Shown: in pieces, positions 57,621-64,000 of the stretch
How the letters are laid out: each line of letters starts with the position of its first letter
How positions within the stretch are numbered: the first letter of the stretch is position 1
Virus record (IMG/VR): IMGVR_UViG_3300023184_000025
Location: 1 to 64,000 of that record
Length of the DNA stretch: 64,000 bases
Strand: one strand, 5' to 3'
Translations under genes and position numbers: made by a program
Notes under the pieces: model-generated
What the model was told of the DNA's origin: nothing
The model's database searches: none
What the model saw: the letters and a program-made list of their open reading frames with translations, nothing else

Positions 57621-58187
57621 TTAAATGTCCTTGTAAAAGATATGACGTCCAATTTTTGTTACACGTTTTTTGTTCCACTGCGGGTTTACATAGTCTGCAT
57701 GATAGTAAAGTGCATCTTTAAGTTCAGGCAGTCGGAATCCATCAATCATGACCATCTTGGCGGCTTCAGCACTCTCATCCCATAGCTTTTTATGAACAGG
57801 CTTGGTTTTGAAATTCTGCTCACAGTACCATGAGAATTGGCAAAGCACTCGTTCATAAATTACGTTCTTTTGGTGAACTACCTGACACGGATCACTAGGA
57901 AATTTTCCGCTTTCTACACGATTCATAACCACCTGTGCTACTGCCAGCTTTCCTTCTGCTGGTTCGCTGGCAGCTTCCCAGTAGACATTCTGTGTCATAC
58001 ATTGTAGTTTGCGTTCTTTTTCTTTAAGAGCTGTTTTAAAAGCCCCAATTGAGCCTACTTCTCCAAAATTAACATTGGTCAGGCTATCGAGTTTGTTTTG
58101 GACCACTGTAGTAACTAGTCCTATGCCAAATAAGGCAATTATCAAAAATATTGACAAATTAACTGTCATTTTGATATATTTTGTCAT
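57621..58187 (-). CDS. Cell wall hydrolase (SleB / Hydrolase_2 family), membrane-anchored
   Basis: C...NVYWEA..E...G..AVAQVVMNRV, CQFSW, YYHADYVNP.W and IGRHIFY motifs. Confidence 0.9.
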   Translation of the reverse strand: MTKYIKMTVNLSIFLIIALFGIGLVTTVVQNKLDSLTNVNFGEVGSIGAFKTALKEKERKLQCMTQNVYWEAASEPAEGKLAVAQVVMNRVESGKFPSDPCQVVHQKNVIYERVLCQFSWYCEQNFKTKPVHKKLWDESAEAAKMVMIDGFRLPELKDALYYHADYVNPQWNKKRVTKIGRHIFYKDI

Positions 58188-58351
58188 TGGTTTCTCCTTT
58201 GGTTATAGTGCGCAGTTGCCTGTGCACCAAGAGCCTGAAAATATACAAAAGCTCTTGATTTTCCATACTCTAAATTTCCGAGGACGTAAGTTTATATATG
58301 GGATATGTATATTATATAAACTATACTTTATTGTGTCAACTAATTTGATAA

Positions 58352-58609
58352 CTATGCCCATTTTAACAGAAACGCACAGCAATCTCGGTCAGAATCAAAA
58401 TAAAATCGATAACGTCCCGGGCGCTGATCCGAGCTTACCTCTACCAATTGCCAGCGCCACTCATTGATTAATTCAGATTTGGACCAAGAAATTATATCAT
58501 CAATTGCGCCGTGTGGTTTGGAAATCTCCTTGACATAAGGAAAGGTGTCCCCGGCTCTGCTGACATAGGATTCGTATTCCGGAACAGGGGTAAGTTGTAT
58601 TGTGCCCAT
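58352..58609 (-). CDS. Small hypothetical protein (…F.F….D…F.LKW family)
   Basis: YRFYFDSDRDCCAFLLKW. Confidence 0.6.
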   Translation of the reverse strand: MGTIQLTPVPEYESYVSRAGDTFPYVKEISKPHGAIDDIISWSKSELINEWRWQLVEVSSDQRPGRYRFYFDSDRDCCAFLLKWA

Positions 58610-58857
58610 TAGACCTTTATATAGTTCTTGTGAATATACTGGTCTGCACTTTCTGCGGAGGGTTTGTAAAACAATACATGATCTGTTATGTTAAAATAAT
58701 TGCAGAACGACTGCCCCAATCTTGTTCCATATTTCAAAGACTCAAATGTATATTCTTTTTTAAATTGCTCGTATTGCTGTGATTCTAGAAACGTTTCTCG
58801 AACAACTGGATTAATGTCTTTGATTAGTGGTTGAAACCACGGTTGTTTAATAGTCAA
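58609..58857 (-). CDS. Hypothetical protein
   Basis: RLGQSFCNYF motif. Confidence 0.55.
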   Translation of the reverse strand: MTIKQPWFQPLIKDINPVVRETFLESQQYEQFKKEYTFESLKYGTRLGQSFCNYFNITDHVLFYKPSAESADQYIHKNYIKV

Positions 58858-59597
58858 AAGATTACCTCGGCATTACCAAGTTGGTAGTAGGCACGTGCTC
58901 GATGGTATCCACGATGTTGTTTGGGAAACAAATAAGATCGTAGACGTATATTATCTTGCGCCAATACACCAGTAAGCATGTACAACAATGGATTCTGATG
59001 ATCTACTGATATCAAGCAAGGAGATCTACAGAGGTCTGACATGAGCCAAAAATCCATTGACTCCTTGGATCGACGACTCTTAAAGACACGCTCAATCAAT
59101 CGATAGGTTCCATCTATTTGGCCTAGATTTATTCCAATAATTTTATTCTTAGTTACATCATCAGAAGTTTGTTCTATTACACGATCCATGGCACAATCCT
59201 CGGCATAAAAATAAGGAAGTCGGTAAATCATGCCAAGCTCATTTTTAGTAATATTTAAATCACCGCAGACTAATTTTCCAAGTGTGGCACGAAAGTCACT
59301 TAGAGTCCCGCCATACTTGAGTTGGTCCCAAGTGATACGACCTCTGTAGTATTCTCTAATTTTACTGGCTGTGTTCCGGTCCTCAACGGTGGCAGTTACA
59401 GCATCAAGGTCAAGCCAGCGTGTACCAGGATGACTCAACCAATGTCGATAGCTTGCACATGATAGTGCAATTGGGTCGTCTTTAAAAGATATACAGGGCA
59501 GAGTTGGATTGAGCAGAGATTCAAGTGCGGTTAACGCATTATTTTCAGAAAGATTCATAGTATTTTCCAATATCAAATCAGTCATAGTTGCAGTCAT
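58854..59597 (-). CDS. Hypothetical protein (distant paralog of 48494..49225)
   Basis: EDR..A..IR.YY...L....LS.F...L...LP pattern. Confidence 0.6.
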   Translation of the reverse strand: MTATMTDLILENTMNLSENNALTALESLLNPTLPCISFKDDPIALSCASYRHWLSHPGTRWLDLDAVTATVEDRNTASKIREYYRGRITWDQLKYGGTLSDFRATLGKLVCGDLNITKNELGMIYRLPYFYAEDCAMDRVIEQTSDDVTKNKIIGINLGQIDGTYRLIERVFKSRRSKESMDFWLMSDLCRSPCLISVDHQNPLLYMLTGVLAQDNIRLRSYLFPKQHRGYHRARAYYQLGNAEVIF

Positions 59598-59617
59598 TCA
59601 TTATAGCACAAGTTGTA

Positions 59618-60097
59618 TTATTTGTCAATTTCCATCCAGGTATGGTCGCCCATGTATTTTACTTGAGTAATATACTCATAATCAACTGGTGCACCGGTAT
59701 TCCAATCATTGGGTCCGTGATGTGTTAGTAACATCTTTTTTTTTCGTTTGTCCCATGCTAGCCAATAACATTGTCCCATTACAACTTGAAATTGATATTC
59801 AGCCGCATGTACAGCATCTGTAACATCTAGCCTACGTTTGATATCCTGTGCTTGTTTTTCTAATACTGCAACCAGTTCCATGATTCTATCATATTCTTGC
59901 TGGGCATATATCCTAGCATGATTGATCATTATATCTTTTTGTTTGGTAACAGGTACTAGATCAAATTTAGGTCCACCAGATTCAGTTGCGTAAGGAGTTA
60001 CGTTCCTATTAAAGAAATGAATCAGTGTGTTGCCTGTGGCAACGTCAAAACTGGTTCGGCCTTTGGCAGAGTTTGGCTGGTCTTCCATTAATCCCAT
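59618..60097 (-). CDS. DUF2452-like hypothetical protein
   Basis: PY....G.PKF, coiled coil, F..V.G..Y.L and D.TW patterns. Confidence 0.55.
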   Translation of the reverse strand: MGLMEDQPNSAKGRTSFDVATGNTLIHFFNRNVTPYATESGGPKFDLVPVTKQKDIMINHARIYAQQEYDRIMELVAVLEKQAQDIKRRLDVTDAVHAAEYQFQVVMGQCYWLAWDKRKKKMLLTHHGPNDWNTGAPVDYEYITQVKYMGDHTWMEIDK

Positions 60098-60813
60098 AGA
60101 CCCTGGTAGTACTTGCCAAATAAGCTGAAGCCGTTTTGAATACGTGCTTCTACTACCTTCATGCCTTCATAATCACATTTATATGTATTTTTAGGACCGT
60201 CCTTCATTTGAAAGAACTTGTGCTCACCCTTGGGTACTTCGTTACCATCCTTGTCCACAGGAACACTAATCCAATCAATATCACCTGAACGATAAGCATC
60301 CTGCCAGGAGTCATCCATCTTGCACTCAAACGCAAAGATCATTTCGTCCATGACCCAATCCCAGCGTTTGAAGTGATTGTCATCAATGTCCCACTCGTTT
60401 TCTTTGGGTGGTGCGGCTGTGCTACGTAGGTGTTCAGGCACATCCTCATCTTCCACTAGCGGGCTACCATGTTTGGTTGCTTTGAGCTGTCGCAACATGG
60501 GCAACACAATATGAGCCAAGGTATGATCCATGCTCCAAGTATCGTAGCGATCAATTTTAACATATTCAATCTTTGGATGCACTCGATCCAACACCCACAT
60601 GATACCTTTGCTAATAGGCTCAAGACGATCACTCCACTTTTCACACCACTCGGGCCGCTCTACGTATGTGGACTTTTCTTGGCGTTCGTCTTCTAGTGTT
60701 TGCAGAAGTTTCCAACGAGCACATTTTGACCAGTCAGTCCAGAAGAACATGTAGTCCAGCATGGTATAAGGTGAGATCCAATGATCTCGATATCCGCTGA
60801 TATAAACTTTCAT
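60088..60813 (-). CDS. Hypothetical phage protein
   Basis: Likely start MKVYI; DTWSMD.TLA.I..PML.QL, W..V.DEMI.AF and G..LFGKYY..LWD motifs. Confidence 0.7.
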   Translation of the reverse strand: MKVYISGYRDHWISPYTMLDYMFFWTDWSKCARWKLLQTLEDERQEKSTYVERPEWCEKWSDRLEPISKGIMWVLDRVHPKIEYVKIDRYDTWSMDHTLAHIVLPMLRQLKATKHGSPLVEDEDVPEHLRSTAAPPKENEWDIDDNHFKRWDWVMDEMIFAFECKMDDSWQDAYRSGDIDWISVPVDKDGNEVPKGEHKFFQMKDGPKNTYKCDYEGMKVVEARIQNGFSLFGKYYQGLWD

Positions 60814-60991
60814 TTTATTTCTTTCCACTTTAACATTGCTACCAGTTCCTTTTTTGTGTCTTTAAATTCAATAGCCCAGGAATCGTTGTACCAAGCCCAA
60901 CAATAATCTTGACCTGTTTCAAACCCAATACTAGATAACCAATTGGAAATTTCTAGTAGTCTCCAGGAATCAAATACCATCATTTGTCTGA

Positions 60992-61315
60992 TTAACCAGT
61001 AGACTTAAATCGCTGAATAACAGCGTCATCACCGTCGGTGATCTTGATTTGTAATTGCTTACTCGACAGTTTGTCCTGAATCTCTTTAACTGACCGTCCT
61101 TGTACTACAAATTCATTGGTAGCGGTGTTCCAAACGTAAAACATTCCGCCAACTTCTTCTATTCGTGCTCCGATAATTAATTCTGATATACGAAGAGTTT
61201 CTTGACTGTTTGCATCAATTAGCATGTCTGCAAGTCTCCCTAGCACAATATATGCTAGCCATATACAAACAATAATTCCAACCAACAATCCTAATAAAAA
61301 ATCAGCTAATTCCAT
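60992..61315 (-). CDS. Membrane-anchored hypothetical protein
   Basis: Likely start MELADFLLG after AAGGA. Confidence 0.55.
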   Translation of the reverse strand: MELADFLLGLLVGIIVCIWLAYIVLGRLADMLIDANSQETLRISELIIGARIEEVGGMFYVWNTATNEFVVQGRSVKEIQDKLSSKQLQIKITDGDDAVIQRFKSTG

Positions 61316-61316
61316 T

Positions 61317-62045
61317 TTATTCCTTGCGCTTTCTACAATTCCAATACAACTCATGAATCTCTGCGGCAGACTCGTAGTGTTTTTTAAATTCAAAGTACTC
61401 AACACATTTTGTATATAGCCCTTTATTTAAATCAATATTGTGTAAGGACTCTGCGTCGACAACACAATATTCTTCAGGTACAGGACGAACATGTTTTATT
61501 AAATTATGAACTTCTACTGCTTCTGCAATTACTGTTGTGGGTGCTGTTTCATAAAATTCTTTAGCAGAATCATACCAGGTCCAGTTTTCTTCTTTGATTC
61601 CTTGATAGAATTCTCTCCAGTCGTTGCCTTGAACGCTGGACTTAAAGGCATTGAAATCATCTATGTATTGTTGTACCGGTCTACCACCCAGTGTTGGATG
61701 AACATTTAAGTAATGTGCTAAACAACTTTTTTCATCGTCAAAATTCAATATCAATAGTTTATCATAATCGTAGGCTGGCCAATCATGTGTGTGTAATATC
61801 TGCATAAAAGAATCTAATTTTTCTCTATGTAAAAATTCACTTTTCAACCAATTTTTTTGACTACGGTTTGAGCTATAAACTTCTCTGCGAATAAATTCAA
61901 GTTTGGCATCAACAGTATTATCAATGTCAATATCAAAAATATCAGCATAGTTACATTTGTCATCAAGAGACAGCAACCATCTCAAATGATTGCCACAGCC
62001 GCCCCTGGGGAAAATTATACCTCTACGCAAGTTTTTATTTGGCAC
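61317..62045 (-). CDS. Hypothetical protein, weakly sulfotransferase-like
   Basis: IIFPRGGCGNHLRWLL...HTH. Confidence 0.45.
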   Translation of the reverse strand: MPNKNLRRGIIFPRGGCGNHLRWLLSLDDKCNYADIFDIDIDNTVDAKLEFIRREVYSSNRSQKNWLKSEFLHREKLDSFMQILHTHDWPAYDYDKLLILNFDDEKSCLAHYLNVHPTLGGRPVQQYIDDFNAFKSSVQGNDWREFYQGIKEENWTWYDSAKEFYETAPTTVIAEAVEVHNLIKHVRPVPEEYCVVDAESLHNIDLNKGLYTKCVEYFEFKKHYESAAEIHELYWNCRKRKE

Positions 62046-62484
62046 GATTGTTAAGATATTGTTCGTGTTGTATCCATTTATTTTTTACCAAGAATCCCCA
62101 TTCACGTTTCTGTGTACCGGGCATGAACATGGTCCAACATTCTACACTAGGGTCTAGTTCAATGCGATGAAAACTATTAGCACTACAAGTGCGAAAATGA
62201 CCAGGCTTCCGCCAATGTGCAATTTCTCCAACTTTCTCTCCTTGGTTATTAAACTGTGGAATCCATTCCCAGTAGCCACCTTTTAAAATGAGAGTGGCAT
62301 AAGGCCAAGGATGGTCATGCACATCATCAGGATCTGATTTGAGAAACTTGTGTATAAAGATGTTAAATGGAAACCATTTCCTATCTTTGAGAAAAACATA
62401 GTATCGTTCCAGATATGGTTCGTTGCTTTGTCGATCCAGAATCAATCGATACCGTCCTAGTCGATGCATGAGTGTTTTAATCAT
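62035..62484 (-). CDS. Cupin-fold protein
   Basis: HDHPW...LKGGY.E...HRIEL...WGF; start MIKT at 62484. Confidence 0.75.
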   Translation of the reverse strand: MIKTLMHRLGRYRLILDRQSNEPYLERYYVFLKDRKWFPFNIFIHKFLKSDPDDVHDHPWPYATLILKGGYWEWIPQFNNQGEKVGEIAHWRKPGHFRTCSANSFHRIELDPSVECWTMFMPGTQKREWGFLVKNKWIQHEQYLNNRAK

Positions 62485-62546
62485 ATATGTATTATACACT
62501 AAAATAATTTATTAGTCAAGTTTAATGTAGAGTTAAATATTGCACT

Positions 62547-63206
62547 ATGGAATTCTCCGCTACTAATTGGTTGACTTGGCAACGTGCTTCTAATGCTGTT
62601 AATTTTTTGGATCCACCATTTAGATTAGGCAACTATTATCCAGATTGGTTCAAAAATCTTAAAGCTGACGTTAGACATTACTTGCCCCAAGGTCATATGC
62701 AAAATAACACAGCCCGGGTATGTTTAGGCTTACGTGGTATCAATAGTGTGGGATGGACCATCATTGATCCAAAGTACCCATACATTGGCGGCGCCGTGGT
62801 ATTCCATCCTGAGCAGTTACATGGTACCAAGTGGTGCGAAAAAGATTCTTCTGGTGAATATGTTTGGAAAATAGTCCTTAATGCATTACCCTGGAGAGCA
62901 AAAATGGCTCCAGGATGGAGATTGATTGTTGGAGATTATCCATTGGCATTCAGTGAGGATTGGCATACATTTTCAGGTTGTGTGGATGCAAACTACAAGA
63001 TCAATGATGATGGCCAATTGGGATCCTTTTACAAATATGATGAGCCCATTGACCCCAACTTTAACTATTACAATATTGAATCAGTGATGGCTGTTAAACA
63101 GCACATGGTTGCTACTCCATCAGGAGCTGTGACTTTTTCAATCATTCCATATTATGATCCTGATTATCAGGCACCGATGTTCAAAGGCTATCCAAGTCTT
63201 GATTAA
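62547..63206 (+). CDS. Hypothetical protein
   Basis: 219 aa; PDWFK...C.G pattern; TAAATA 7 nt before the ATG. Confidence 0.6.
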   Translation: MEFSATNWLTWQRASNAVNFLDPPFRLGNYYPDWFKNLKADVRHYLPQGHMQNNTARVCLGLRGINSVGWTIIDPKYPYIGGAVVFHPEQLHGTKWCEKDSSGEYVWKIVLNALPWRAKMAPGWRLIVGDYPLAFSEDWHTFSGCVDANYKINDDGQLGSFYKYDEPIDPNFNYYNIESVMAVKQHMVATPSGAVTFSIIPYYDPDYQAPMFKGYPSLD

Positions 63207-63215
63207 TCAGTCAAG

Positions 63216-63242
63216 CAAAAGCCCTACTTGGTAGGGCTTTTG
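63216..63242. terminator. Bidirectional rho-independent terminator
   Basis: CAAAAGCCCTAC-TTG-GTAGGGCTTTTG between convergent genes. Confidence 0.85.
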
Positions 63243-63287
63243 GCAAATGTGTCCAGTTTGGGCTGGACAGCGAATCTAGATTCTAGA

Positions 63288-63557
63288 TTAGACTAAACCA
63301 AGGGCCAGAGCCTTGTAACCAGCGGCAACAATCTTGCGGCTTGGCTTGCCGAGTGCGTACTCGGTAACACGAATGCCATTACCGGCTGTGCGGCTGTTGG
63401 CATAAACAGCAAAGCCGTTTTGGCGGATGCGGCTTACTTCAGCACCCAAGTTACCAACGCCAAAGCGTTTCTTGGCCTCAGCTGGGCTGAGTGTTTCACC
63501 GCTTTGCAAGGCGCGGAAGACCTTGTAAGTTTTAGTAGTTTCGTTAAAATGTTTCAT
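63288..63557 (-). CDS. Winged helix-turn-helix DNA-binding protein
   Basis: L..G..LS...A..RFGV.N..A.VS.IR..G..VY pattern. Confidence 0.72.
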   Translation of the reverse strand: MKHFNETTKTYKVFRALQSGETLSPAEAKKRFGVGNLGAEVSRIRQNGFAVYANSRTAGNGIRVTEYALGKPSRKIVAAGYKALALGLV

Positions 63558-63697
63558 AGTTTTTACCTTTCAGATTTAAAATAATGATGTTTTGTTTTTG
63601 CATCATGTGCTTATTATAATATGTTTAGCGTAGATATGCAATAGCGTTTGGCAAACTAAGTTAAAACAGTTTGCCGATTACATGGACAATGTTTATT

Positions 63698-63931
63698 TTA
63701 TGTCCACTTCAACAACGATATAGTGTAATCTTTTGGATCTGACCATGTAACCCATTCTATTTCGGCATCAACATTGAATCCGTTGATCTGCAAAAACTTG
63801 AGAGCTTCTTCTCGGGCCTGTAGTCGTTTGGTCTGATCAAAGTTGGCTAATCTTGCGCCAAATCTCTGATCCAACTCGGTGCGAAGTCTAGCAAAATTGT
63901 TAAGTTGGTGAAATCTAATGCGTTTGGTCAT
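63698..63931 (-). CDS. Small hypothetical protein (…LKW family)
   Basis: Ends ...D..DYT...LKWT. Confidence 0.55.
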   Translation of the reverse strand: MTKRIRFHQLNNFARLRTELDQRFGARLANFDQTKRLQAREEALKFLQINGFNVDAEIEWVTWSDPKDYTISLLKWT

Positions 63932-64000
63932 ACTGTGATTTTAACGTGTTTACAGTCGCCGCGAAATCTAAAACCACTACAAGTACAAGAATAGGTTCCG

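Larger units (their letters stand above)
44092..63641 (-). promoter_or_regulatory. Series of consensus sigma70 early promoters (TTGAC[C/A/T]-N17-TATAAT/TATACT/TAAAAT)
   Basis: -10 to -35 spans at 44092-44120, 45812-45840, 46894-46922, 47014-47042, 49678-49706, 50270-50298, 52287-52315, 52696-52724, 53231-53259, 57275-57303, 58311-58339, 59600-59628, 62491-62519 and 63613-63641 (TTGCAT). All have 17-nt spacers and many have an extended -10 TG. Confidence 0.88.

Noticed and set aside
57196-58310. tRNA or known riboswitch in the structured intergenic gaps
   Set aside because: No cloverleaf with a T-loop GTTC and no riboswitch consensus I can recognise; kept only as candidate leaders.
1-64000. 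Alternative genetic code (stop-codon reassignment, as in some large phages)
   Set aside because: Recognisable genes are full length in the standard code, and TAA, TAG and TGA all occur as stops at sensible gene ends.

Overview
This 64 kb window is a segment of a large, T4-superfamily-like tailed phage genome. It is densely coding, mostly on the minus strand, and reads in the standard genetic code. The host is inferred to be a Gram-negative bacterium, possibly a betaproteobacterium, from the spanins, Bug/TctC, ErpA and sigma70 promoters. From left to right it holds: (1) late genes for probable head-packaged effector polyproteins (GNAT+ART, cysteine hydrolase, NTase+HExxH peptidase, HxGH transferase) with T4-like capsid-targeting leaders and [ILV]-x-E linkers; (2) ClpA and DnaJ-type chaperones; (3) a lysis cassette (GH19 endolysin, spanins, holin) with a secreted alpha-carbonic anhydrase and a Cys-rich protein inside it; (4) a sulfation/tailoring cluster (APS-kinase/HxGH fusion, sulfotransferase-like proteins, 2OG-Fe(II) oxygenase, TctC, ACP-like-methyltransferase, SGNH proteins); (5) PhoH, radical SAM, HAD, clamp loader, GroES and a stand-alone DnaE fragment; (6) baseplate and tail-fibre genes; (7) host-like genes (erpA, Fe/Mn-SOD, infA, nadE); and (8) an early region of small ORFs driven by over a dozen consensus sigma70 promoters with recurrent palindromic boxes. 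No tRNA, rRNA, CRISPR array or IS element was recognised. All calls come from manual motif reading; no database searches were run.
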